Shown here: one piece after another, positions 51,785 through 64,000 of the stretch
How positions within the stretch are numbered: position 1 is the stretch's first letter
How the letters are laid out: each line of letters begins with the position of its first letter
Program-made: the position numbers and the translations under genes
DNA from: Tubiluchus corallicola
Taxonomy: Eukaryota; Animalia; Priapulida
NCBI GenBank assembly: GCA_030141605.1
Contig: JAQGDQ010000122.1
Span: forward strand, 62,001 to 126,000
DNA: 64,000 nt
Reading direction: 5' to 3'
The notes under the pieces: generated by a model
Databases searched by the model: none
Told to the model about the DNA's origin: nothing
The model's input: only the letters and a program-made list of their open reading frames with translations

Positions 51785-52210
51785 CTCTTCTTGAATAGAG
51801 CGAAGTTGTGGTTGGCAAAGAAGTAGAGTATTCCACAGATAAGATGCCGGAGGGAAACTGGATTATAAACAGCTGTTCTACACCTAGGAGCGTTCAGGGT
51901 AAGCTTCATATCAAAAGCAGTGATTATATGTTATTATTGGCCTTAAAACACACAGAGGTCTAGCTCATGAGCATATCTGTAAAACCGAATATTCAAGATA
52001 AGGTGCTGTAATACATTTTTATCTGCACAATTATTAAAAGTTTCAATAATGATAATAGTGAAAATAGCAGCAGAATGTGCATGATGCTTCTCTTCTTGAA
52101 TAGAGTGAAGTTGTAATTTTCAGAGAGATGATTTTCTAGCAGAGAATTCCACAGATGAAAAGGACAAGGAAAATTTGATCTGTAAACAGCTGTTCTACAT
52201 CTAGGAAAGT
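51785..52210 (-). mobile_element. Two decayed CR1/L2-type LINE ORF2 3' ends (about 51785-51895 and 52087-52210)
   Basis: Minus-strand translation of the second copy: NFPRCRTAVYRSNFPCPFHLWNSLLENHLSENYNFTLFKKR (PxCRT..LWNSL..FK tail motif). The first copy is frameshifted. Confidence 0.65.
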
Positions 52211-53000
52211 TCCCCAGTAGTGAAACAGGATTAATGGATCATGAAACAACCAAAACGTGTGCAGCAATGCAAGTAATAAAACATTAGAAAATTATGATAC
52301 CTTATGCTTAATGAAAATTAATGAATATTGCATTCCAGGCAAAAATACACTAAGAAATATGAGTATTTTAGCAAATAAGTAAAAGACCAAAATACAAAAC
52401 CGACAATTTAAAGAACTGCACATTAGGAAAACCAGTAAGCTGTTGCTGAACCTTGCTATAACTTTAGAATTTCTAATCGTGAAAATTTGAAATACACTAT
52501 ATGAAATCATGTGAATTAAATTATTTACTTAAATAATAAACAGGTATGAGCTCTAGAATCTACACCATATTGTATCAATTACCTTATTCATTTTTAATTT
52601 ATAATTGTAAGTGGAAGCAATTAAAGCCAACTATTCAAAACTACATTCCAAGAAGAAATCAAGTCATTAAAGATGAGTCAAAGTGATTATTTTTGTAATT
52701 TATGACAGTCAATCAGCAATTATAACACAAGGCTCTATTATAACACTGTGCACTGCGTCAAGGTATAGCCTACGCCAAATTTAATATCGGCTTATTAACG
52801 GTGTACAATGCTTTGTCTATAAGAAAATAATAATAAGTAACCCACCATTCTGGTGGTAAAACCAGTCCGACTGTCTGTCATGATACAGTAGTTATACTTA
52901 CGTTTAAGCAAGTACGCCATGCTGCAAGGCAAACCTGTGCATGCTGTAATCACATCCGCCCTTGATCTCACCGCCTGTCCGACTCCTTTTTCCCTCTCAC

Positions 53001-53105
53001 CTGGAAAATGGTACCAGCAGGTCTCAAAGCTGCACATCTTTTGTACAGGCCAGAAAAAATAAACCATGCGGCAATGCAAGTGGTCAAAAAAAGGTTTTCT
53101 GTCAT
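53001..53105 (-). CDS. Putative secreted Cys-rich protein, exon 1 (signal peptide): MTENLFLTTCIAAWFIFSGLYKRCAALRPAGTIFQ
   Basis: GCGACCATG start context, hydrophobic stretch ending CAA|LR, CAG|GTGAGA donor at phase 0. The unspliced frame stops soon after the donor. Confidence 0.55.
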
Positions 53106-53160
53106 GGTCGCTACAGCAATGAATGATTTACACCAGCTCTCGTTACGCGCAGAGCCATAA

Positions 53161-53168
53161 TGACGTCA
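53161..53168. promoter_or_regulatory. CRE palindrome TGACGTCA, 55 bp upstream of the putative secreted-protein ATG
   Basis: Exact CREB/ATF consensus in a CpG-richer patch; function is inferred. Confidence 0.35.
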
Positions 53169-56100
53169 TCAGATGCTGTACTGTAACTGGCTGTCTGGCT
53201 GGGAGTCTGCGACCCTTTTGTATTACGCATGGCGAACCAGCATTATGTTTATTAGAGCGATAAACCAGGTAAATTCGAAAGAGTGGCCCAAATAAATGGA
53301 AAATAACCGTACCACATCCAGCTTTCTTGTAAAAATAACATTGTAGTTAAGAATTTGGAAACGTGAGATTGATGAACTTTTCACTTATGCGTTATGCCAC
53401 ATCTTTTGCGAAAGTTTAATAATCATAAAGAAGTCAAAGTGCCCATTAATCATAAAAAGTCCATAACTCTGTCTATTCTAGCAGAAATTACTGTACCCGC
53501 AGTATTAGTATACTTTTTAGATCCAGATCTATTGCAAACAATGTCACAGCTAGAGAGACTACTACAGGGAGTGAACTTTTGTGACTACATTTTTGACGTG
53601 TTCACACAACCTGAACATACTCATTATCTTGTTTAGTATCGGTCAATTTTGTTATACTGTCGTGAATAGGGTACAAGCGAGCTCACAGCAGATCCATATT
53701 TTTCCACAAAGTCAACTAAAGATTTACACTTTTCTATGATTGGTGCTGCAGTCATCATGGCAGCCAAATTGTTTTATTATTTACTACTCTCACAATAAAT
53801 TATTGAAAATATTATCGAAAATGTTGTGAAAAATCTCCCAGTAAATATCTACGAAAACTGAGAAGTGATCGAACCAAAAAGTCTTGAAATATGCGACTAT
53901 GTCCTCTAGTTTTTCGGGGCGTGGCCATGCTATAGGAGGAGCAAGCACATGAAAAGGCGCCCTGTCACATACCTAACAATTTTTAGCAAAGTGATTACAC
54001 ATTTTGATTTTGTGTTTGAAATCAAAACGCGAGAAATGTACAGTTTTATCCTTGGTCCAATCAGTCAAATTAGTTGCGTAAACGCACGCTCATTTCAAAA
54101 ACACGAGAAACAGGTGGGTCTAATAATGAATCCAGAAAATTCTTCCAATGTCATGCGGTTAAAAAAACTGAGAATTATTCTACTTTTATTATACAACTGA
54201 ACTAAAGAGTTCAAAAGGTGCTAATTTTGACAAAATGTGTTCGGTTGTTCTCTTACCCTATTAGCTAGACCACTGCGCTTTTGAATCAACGACTAAATCA
54301 AAGAAATTTTTAGCCAAAATGTTTTCTTTCCTAACTAGCATTTTATATATCTTAATAAGATCTTCACGGTGTCTTAGTTCAAGTGTGGTCGAAATTTATA
54401 TTACATATCGATGTAAGTATCGTAAAATAATTGATTTTAAGCTACTTTTCTGGTTGTCATGGTTAAAAGATGTCAGTGGTGCTTATGTAACAGGGACAGT
54501 CGATAGAAGGATCGTTCTTGGAATGGAAAAATCACATTTATTCGATTTCCAGGGGCCTAACAAACAATTTGAACAATTTTTCAGTTTTTACAAGCATTTG
54601 AAAATCCAGTTAGACACTGACACACATTTCTAAAATTACGTTGAAATTTTATCGAATTTTACTGGGCAAAACGATGACATTCAATTTCTTTTGTTGGTAA
54701 TTTTAAAATTAATATTTAGTGCGAATTTTTGTCGATAGGTGTCACAATTCTCAGCCTTGACCAAGCTTTCGTAGCAACTTGATAACAACACAGCAAATAA
54801 GTTACTCATTGCAACTAACGCGGCATAAGTTGTTGTTTAGAAGTTTATTGCCCATATATACATTTTGGTAAAACTAAGTTTACTGGGAGAGTTGGGGTAG
54901 ATCCTTGCTTCTTCAGTCAAGCAAATGTTGCCTCAGCAAGGGCTTATCCTTTCAACGATCAGCCCTTCACTGTTGTAAGTCACTGGTGCATCGTGCAGCC
55001 AGCTGTGAACTGGAGACCCACAGAATAGTTAATAGAGGGCAAGCTATGATCTACACTGTGATGAACCCAGCTGTAACATGCGCCCGTTTGCGAGGCGGGA
55101 GCGACAGGTTGATCCGATCTCCGAACTCGACCTTTTGATGTTTTAAACATAAATTAAGTTTCAGCCCAGACAATAGCGTCACTCGACGTTATTTAGTTTA
55201 GACATTGGTCAGCTTTTCCTTTGTCGCTCCACTCCTCCTAAGGCTTTGAGTTAAATTGAAATTTTTTTGTCAATGAAAGATTTAAAGTTTTGTAAACTTT
55301 ACTAGGGTTGGTGCGGCGATCACCATGGCAGGCGAATTATTTCATTATTCACGAGTCTCATAGCAAATGCATGTTTACGAACGAATGTCGAAACGTGACC
55401 TCCCTTTAAAAAGTTTTAAACTATGTCCTCTGATTTTTGAAACAGCAAAAGTAATTACATTTGTAATTTAAACAGAATGTATACACGTCCTAGAACCTAG
55501 ATCCTTTCGCTAGATTCTGCTAAAAAATCCCTGATAAGGCACTTTTCATTGCTTGTCCGACTGTGTATTTTTAATGAGTAAGTAATTTAAACCAAAAGAA
55601 ATTGATAAACTATTGACAACCGACTTGAAATATGAAAATAAAATATATATGACTTGAATGGCTCCATTTTTGCGTTTACTGAGCGTTTAGAAAACTTTAC
55701 ACTAATGTGGTAATTAACAGAAGCTCTTTTCGTAGTACTTTCATACTTAAAACCATCTTCACGTATATCAGTAATACGTAATTATAAGCTAAATAATGCT
55801 TACAGCATCCAAATCAGAGAAGACAAATTTCATTGCTGCTATTTTTTGTTTAATTGGAACTGCGTGACTTTAGAACAAAGCAGTCATTTTGGTGCAACCA
55901 AACAAGTAGAGGTTCAAAATATACAGTCAAGTAAAGCACTGTCACCGATATTTGCGGTGAGCGTATTGGTAGTCACTACATGATTCTTTCCTATGAATTG
56001 GGTTAGTCCGACCATATTAAACTTAAAAGCAAAAGCCAGTCATCAGACTTCATCTGTTGCTTAGATAGAAGAAAATGGGCGGCAATGTAAAATAACTAAA

Positions 56101-57480
56101 CATGCTTTTTCATTCATTAGTATTGCGTGTGAATTGTATGGACCTGTTTCGCGGTGATGATTTTAAGTTGATACAAAATATATGGAATAGGGCCGAAAGG
56201 GGGGAAGAGAAAAAGTCAGATGTAGGACCAAAAGCATTATTACTGGAAAATTGTTTAGAAATGTAGGTAAGCCAAGTTATCAGTTTCATAATCTCCGGTC
56301 ACCAAAAAGAACAACGGAGCGCATTAGACACGGGAAATGCACGTTTGCTAAACCAAAATCGAAAACAAAAAGAGGAGCTAATACTTTTATAAATAGTTGT
56401 ATGTTTAATTTAGATTATCATTGTTATTTTATCTTTTACTGCCTTTATTTGGTTATATTGCCATTTCATATTTATTTAATACAAAAAATTTTCTTTGTTT
56501 TATACACCTTTTAGTACTCAAATATTTGTCTTATCTAAAGTTTTCATTTGATGTCTTATAAGTTTATTTAGTTTAACATTTAAGTTTAAACGACGACGCA
56601 AGTTTATTAGTTGCTATATTTTAAATTTAAATGCTATAAATCAACTTGTCTAAATAGTACTTTGAATTTATGCCATGGAGAATGGAAACTTGTTTATGGG
56701 AATAAAAGACCTTTACTTATTTATAATATCGCCTTAGTAAAATATAACATAATAATAGCTTGCCATAGCTACTGAAATCATAAGCTAGTTAGCACTCCTG
56801 ACAGCGTTGGTTTACCGTTAGGTGGCTCTTAGTCATTAATACCAAATTGGCTGTTAAGCACAAACAATGCTCTGTACATGCTTATTCATTGCTATGCTAA
56901 CTTATTGATGTTTCTATGCTCTCTTCCACTAAAAACATTAATTTTTCAATGTGCGATTTGTTCCGTGGCGTTTCTGCAAATGGCAGCAACAAGATTTTTA
57001 ACTAACAAAGTGTGTTTTTTGTAACATAGATATTCTAAAAGTCACACTTTTTTTATAAATTGGTTTAGGCATGTATGTGGAATTCATGTCTTACATTTTA
57101 TAATTCAGTCTATTGTGTAGAGCTAAGGGCTTGTTAAGGAGAACTGCTTGCCAATTAATGATGCATTGGGTGCTATAGTATTCATCTGGTGTAACCAAGC
57201 AATTTGGTGAATGAGCAATTAATAATTCAACGTAATTATTTCATCAAACTGTAGGTATATCTGACGCCTAGGCAAGTTACTAGCAGTGACGCGATGTATC
57301 TACGACGACCACAGTCTTTTTATAAGGGGTTTAATCTAAAAAGTACAGCGCCTGTATTTACACTGCTATTTTTCTTTATTTTTCCTTTTGCTTTCCGCAT
57401 TTTTAAGAGTGGTCGTCCAAAAAAGGCTAACCCAAACTAACTCGTAAGCCTCTATCCTGGTAGAGGCATAATAATTATAA

Positions 57481-57745
<265 letters not shown>

Positions 57746-58086
57746 ATTAGTTCAAAAGCCAGTTCGAATATGTCTCGGGTGATAGAGCAGCATGCAAGTG
57801 ATGAAATTTCACAGCAGACGAAAAAAGTGAAAAGATCCAAAATACGAGTATAAAACAAATTTTATTTTGTAATCAATAACACCAAATCTTCAAAAGTGAG
57901 GACACGTGAACAGGCTTTTGTTAGCAACCCTACAGCATTAACCTTTACTGAAAGGTCACGTTGCAATAATCAAATTTGCACATGCTTTTATTAATTTTTA
58001 TGCAGGTTCATTTGCGTTACTTGACTTCTCAACCATTCCCATTACTATAATTAGGGAGTTAATCAAAATCCGCCTTAGCAACCCTA

Positions 58087-58305
<219 letters not shown>

Positions 58306-58809
58306 AGAATAATTCCATAATGTAGAAATGCATCTGTACATCATTTTTCATTGCGGAATTTTTTTATTAATTCGTTCCCTTTCTTGTCATTAAAGACTTT
58401 TCTGTCACAAGAATTAAAATTTGTGATGAAAAATACGACGTGCCGTCAATCTGAGATGGGAAAAAGACAAATCTGCCCTGTATTATCTCAATAAAGTGAA
58501 TAAAATGCATAGATAAAGGATACGTAGTACTGTACTATTATCTATGATAAAAGATTTGTCATTGTAATCATTGATGTCTTAATTGTATTTACTAAGGTTT
58601 AAGTGAATATTGTTTGCTTGCACGGTTGCTTGTTTGTCTTCCTATTAACCAAATAGTTAATTAATCCATATTTTGAGTTCAGTAGAGAAATAAAAGCAAT
58701 CGATTTCTGTAATCACGCGATTTGTCTCAAAAGGTTTAGACTGACTGAGTTCAAATTATTACTGATTAAAAGAGATTGGCGAATTCCACAGAAATAGCTG
58801 GACCAAGTT

Positions 58810-59265
58810 AAGAAAGGTATTTTTCAGCCAATTTGTTACCACAAAACTTTGTTGCCAAGAAATACGGTGGTAGACACCAAGTCGCGATCCTTTCAACTTC
58901 AGTTGAACCTGTGTTTTTGTACAATTCTGAGCTATGGACAATAAAAGTTGAAGGAAATTGACCCTTTTCAAAGATGTCTCAATAGAAAAATTATTAGGAA
59001 TTAAATGGCCCGAGATTTATGATGATACAATGATGATCTGTATGATGTGGTAAGAAGATTGTATTGGATTGGGCATGCGCTAAGATTACCCCAAGAGTCT
59101 CCTGTTCCGATATCGTCACGTAAAACTCTTGAAACGACAAAAAAGCCGAAAGCAGGTCAGCGACTCACGTAAATAGATATAATACAAAAAGATTTAGCAA
59201 CTACAACTCTAGATTTCAAGGATGACGCATAGTGGGCAGTGGCGGTGGACAGGTGGAGTGTGGCA
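58810..59265 (+). mobile_element. Decayed RTE-clade non-LTR retrotransposon, 3' part of ORF
   Basis: Frameshifted motifs VEPVFLYNSELWT, IKWP, RRLYWIGHALRLPQESP and IIQKDL, typical of the post-RT region of RTE-like LINEs. Confidence 0.8.
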
Positions 59266-59864
59266 TGTTTTAGACCGTAACTAGATGACGTTATGTCGCT
59301 GTTAAACCATTTTTGTTTTGCTACTTATTCGTACTCGATTTATACATTTTTACTTATCTTGCACTTACCAGATGGCAGCACAATGCTGTTACCAATAGAA
59401 TCTGCTATTACAAAGCAGTGATATATGGTTGTGAATTCAGAGCAGCATAAAGCTACGATACGTTATACAAACATTTATGAATTACCACTACGAGATTCGA
59501 AGGTCCGCAGCTCTGATTATATGTCGTATCATCTTCCATGCATTCATCAAAATTTTTTCTCTCTTAAGGTATTTACAGATGAAGATAGAAAGGTAGATTT
59601 TTTTCACTCAGGGAAAAAACAGTTTCATGTTGTCTACATAGATGTTCAATTATCTGTGCAGATAAAATAAATCGAAGTTATACAAGAATTGTTATGCGTT
59701 TTGCTATAAGCAATCTTATAATCTAATTTTTATTTTAAATTTTATTTGAATTCAGTACAAATGGTACTATATTAAATATATTTGCAAAATCATTGATAAA
59801 ACAGATTAAAAATTACTAACTAAAATGCATATTATAAATATCTTGCTTTAAATTTTACAACCTA

Positions 59865-60050
59865 AAATTATCACACAATATATCTCGCCAGTTTATAAAA
59901 AATGGAAACTCAAATAAAACATGAGAATTTATATAGCCACAAACTAGAATGTCATTTTTACTTGCAAGAATGCGACTTCTTAAGTTATAGCAAGTATTCC
60001 TCATTAATACTTTAAAGTGTGGAACATTATTGTGTGCACATAAATTTAGC
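59865..60050 (-). mobile_element. Possible decayed LINE ORF2 C-terminal tail
   Basis: NNVPHFKVLMRNTCYNLRSRILASKNDIL..W resembles LINE tails as recalled; clade uncertain. Confidence 0.4.
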
Positions 60051-62958
60051 ATAAAAATTAAGAATTCTTACCTTGCAGATTGCAGATTAAAAGCTTTGGT
60101 GGAACAGATGGCTGAAGAAACTTGAATAGCCACCCTACCCTTATTTTATTCATATTATAATTTAAGTCTAATTAAAATTATCTATATCGGCGTCATCATA
60201 AGTTTATAAGTTTATTTATTTCCACTCTGCATCTAACAGTTATAATAAAAATACAGATAATTTCACTGAAGTAAATATAAATATAAATGCAATATTATCC
60301 AGAAATTACAAAATGCAGTATGTACATGTGCAAATTACATTACAGAATAATTTTGATGCATACAGTTTGAGCCTAAAAGCATAGCTTGAGAGGCCAAACT
60401 GTACGTGGAAATCTTAAAGAAGTAATTAATAATTGAAATCATGATAATATATACATAAAAGTTTGGGGGGAGTAGTGAGTGAAAGATGAAATGGAGCGAG
60501 AATTAAGAAAAACTGTGATTATGGTTACAAAGTTTTCAGTAACCTGTTGAGCACAGTCACGTTTTATTAAGATTACTGTGGAAAAAGAATGCAGGTGATT
60601 ACCATTATCAAATTGTGTTACTCTCAATACTTTTGAAATAATTCTTTTCTGACGGTTTTTTTAATCCGTCATCCAATCATTAACCAATTTTCAAAAACTT
60701 CAAAGTTGTAATTGTCTTCTCTTCTTCGGGTATTTCTCAACCGCAGTTTACTACCAGGTACATTGACATTCCTCCAAGCTTATCTGATGGCAGCCGCAGC
60801 TTGGAGCATGCTTTCACAACAAATCACATAGGTGTGACCGCCTCACGTTACCGCCCAACACACAGACTCAGGTGTGTTCAGCTACATCGCAGGCATGATG
60901 AAGACTTGAAACATTCTGAAGGAAAGGTGTGTACAGGTGGCTTTTGAAAAGGTAAACCGGCATCTGAGATTGTGTCTGTGCAAGGTCGATCGGGCAGTGA
61001 GTGAAATTTACCTGAACAGACAGGTAAAATTGCCGCTATATTGATTGGATTCTAGAATTCCTGTAAGTGGATTAAGGTAAGTCAATCGACCACCTAGGCG
61101 TTTATTGAATTATTTATAGGCTCGCTACAGTGTAAACAATACGGGTTACATTCTGCCTATTAATGTTTATGGTTACATAATCTTGATACCGGAAGTCGAA
61201 TTACTAAAATTCCTCTGCTAAATGATTAACATTTTCGGAACGTAATCAACATAAGCCCGACTCAGATTTGATTACTTTTTGCATCCCAGTTTTGCATACA
61301 TGCATTAATTAATTTGTTTTTACTTTAAAGGCTTTGAATTGCTTGTAGATAGTGACTGATTGCATACGTACCTTTTTTAATGTGATATGTGTAAATGCCA
61401 CTTTTTGTGAGCAAAACACACCTGGCTTGATATGACATACACATTTACCATAAATGTGCATTTATAAATGATGCATCAATCAAAGCCTAGTTTTTTTATG
61501 ATTTTAACTTACTGATGAAGATGATAATCATTTTTGTACATAATGCACTTAATTACGTGACAGTGTTAATATTTAAAATGCACACTCGTGTCTCTAATAT
61601 TAAGATTTTGTAAATAAAGGGTTAAAAAACATAATTATACTTTTTTAACATTACTGAATGCACCCTAAATTAATCTTTCTTGATTAGAGAAACTGTAATC
61701 TGTTCTGTAGTAATGTTCTCCTATTTGTTAGCCTATATTTTTGATGTAATTTTTTGGTTGATGCCTGAAGCTTACATAACTTAATAAAAGAGCAAATCAT
61801 TTGAAGTTGAAGTTTATTTATTCCAAATGCCAATCATATAGATACGATTTAGTGTTTACTTTAGCCTCAGATAGCAATCATGTGGTACTAAGCCACGCCT
61901 GTCACTGTGCAGTTGGCCTGGAACTCAGGATTTGCCGCTTCTAAAGGCGCTTCTTGTTAAATGTGAACAGGGTTTTACAGTTGACTTGCAAGAAAATCAA
62001 AGCAGCTGATGGCACAACACCTCTGCTGATATTAGCCTCCAATGGTCGAAGCTCAAACTGCCGTCCAGTGGTCAACGACCGATTCTTGATTGTGGCTATT
62101 TACGAGAGTTGATAAATTGACGTGATCCGTGCAAGATTAGATAAAACCAATGATAAGAATACTTGAAACTCTGTTGGTTATTTTCATATAGGTGGTATAG
62201 TTTCTTTCAGGCTTGTAGGGGCTGAGTTGGGCTCTAATATAAATGGCGAGAAAAATAATTATTGGTTTAAACAAGTAGTAGGGTTATAGAAACAGTTTTA
62301 GGGTCGTCAGAAGTGTAACGTACAATTTATCCAGTTCTGGTAAAGCATATGCTTGCAGTAGTAAGAGTAATAGTTTAAACTATAAATACTATAATTTATG
62401 TATCCGCACATTTAAATGTAAGGTTTATGTTTTGGGAATTGTTATACAACTTTTCTTCTCACACTGTTCTGCAAGGAAATCTTAAACATTATTAATTTAA
62501 ATGTTATTACTGGTAACAATAACAGTTTAAGTGTGAATGTGTAAACGTGTAAACGCTCCATGAACGTGTAAACCTTTATGGAGCGTTACAGAGTTTAGTA
62601 ATTTCAGTTTTATGCAGTAGAGACACATTATTGACGCCTGTAGATCTCTACAATCGCCATTCAGAATTATTCTAGCGAACAGTGACTGTTTTTTACTCAA
62701 GCAATTATTATGTTATAAAGTGCATACTTGAACGCTGTATATCCAGGTATGTGATTAACCCGGGGCAATGTAGCCTTAGTGAGGGGTGTGTACTACAGAG
62801 GAATTGAGGAACCGGTACATGGTCGAACTGAAAAACTTTTTGAATTGCCGGTTTACTCCACGGCGTGTAAGTCATAGATAAAAACTTGACATCATAGAAC
62901 ATGAGCATTACGGATCAAAACTTAGTTGTTCAATTTTTATTTTAATCTTCGTTTGTGC

Positions 62959-63370
62959 CAGGACTGGATTATCCTATGGGGCTTGTATAGGCTGCAGGTT
63001 AAAACCCGCCCTCAAGCTTGGGGGCCTTCAAGCTTTGGTAACATTTCATAAAAAAATTACTACCGTTGTGTTGAAATATATGCCAATTTCGTTTGCAATA
63101 AATAGTAAAAAAGTGGTATATCTTAAAGAATATATTTATTGACCTAGGAAAGACAGCTATTTCATGTTATTTAAAGAATTTGCAATAGTTTACTTCAAGC
63201 TATGTAAATAGCTAAAATATATCATGAGTAAAAGGTATTTAATACGGGTGCAGGCGAGTTAGAGGGTGCCTCCATCTGAGGGGGTGTGAGCGAGTTAGAG
63301 GGTGGCTCCGTGTTAGAGGCCCCATAATTTTACTTGCCTAGGGGCCCCAAAAGGTCATAATCCGGTCCTG
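62959..63370. mobile_element. Non-autonomous hAT-like element, 412 bp
   Basis: TIRs CAGGACTGGATTA / TAATCCGGTCCTG (12/13), GGGGCC subterminal motifs, degenerate 8-bp TSD GTTTGTGC / GTTTCTAT. Confidence 0.75.
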
Positions 63371-64000
63371 GTTTCTATTCTGCTTTCCTTTTCAGATTTT
63401 AGATTTATTTTATTTCATAGTAAAAGCCATATAAAAATATAAAACACTTACATCGCATAGAAGCTGCTCTAAAACTATAAACAGCAGTGAAAAGAAACCT
63501 TCCGTCAGCTGTTGGTTGCAACTAACTCTAAAACGTGTTCGATTATTGCATTGACATGAGTAAATGAAGCTGAATAAATTTTATTGTATTTTTGTACAAA
63601 TGGTGTTGAATAAACATAAAAATCGAATTCAGTTGACACGTCTGCTTTTAAATATGTAAAAGAAACAAATGGTCAGCGCAGCACTGAATTTGTTCTTAAT
63701 TAGTAACTGCTGTATTTAAGGGCTGGAATATATAAGATAAACAAATGTATAAAGAAATTACACGACATTGCATAAAGTAATGCAAAAAATAGTCAATTAT
63801 TTGTTAGTAATCTTAATTTGAGTTTCGTTCAGACATCTCATTCACAGTAAGTGTATTTAGATGGACAATCACTTTCGTCATTTGCAGATTAATTATTATG
63901 ACTACTGTGTGTTGTGAACTTCTGAATAACTTGTTATTTTGAGCTACAATTCTTTTCTCTTTACAGGTTATTTTTAGCGTTACTGGTAAATTTGCGGTAA

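Noticed and set aside
59569-60125. Candidate small plus-strand exons (VFTDEDRK; CRLKALVEQMAEET*)
   Set aside because: The phases do not join, and there is no start exon or recognisable homology.

Overview
AT-rich, intron-rich animal (probably invertebrate) genomic DNA, not prokaryotic; most long ORFs in the supplied track are satellite artefacts. By manual splicing I find three protein-coding genes. (1) The first three coding exons (SH3 domain) of a DOCK3/DOCK4-type (DOCK-B) GEF on the minus strand, running off the left edge. (2) Head-to-head with it, a complete 6-exon plus-strand gene of about 462 aa resembling EFCC1/CCDC48 but apparently lacking the N-terminal EF-hand region. (3) A tentative 4-exon minus-strand gene for a 153-aa secreted, cationic, six-cysteine protein that I cannot assign; its spacing is loosely saposin-like. 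Introns and intergenic DNA hold many mini- and microsatellites, a ~670-bp foldback element, a satellite-carrying DNA transposon with an intact 8-bp TSD, hAT-like MITEs, tRNA-derived repeats and decayed LINE 3' ends. Family assignments come from recalled motifs, not database searches.
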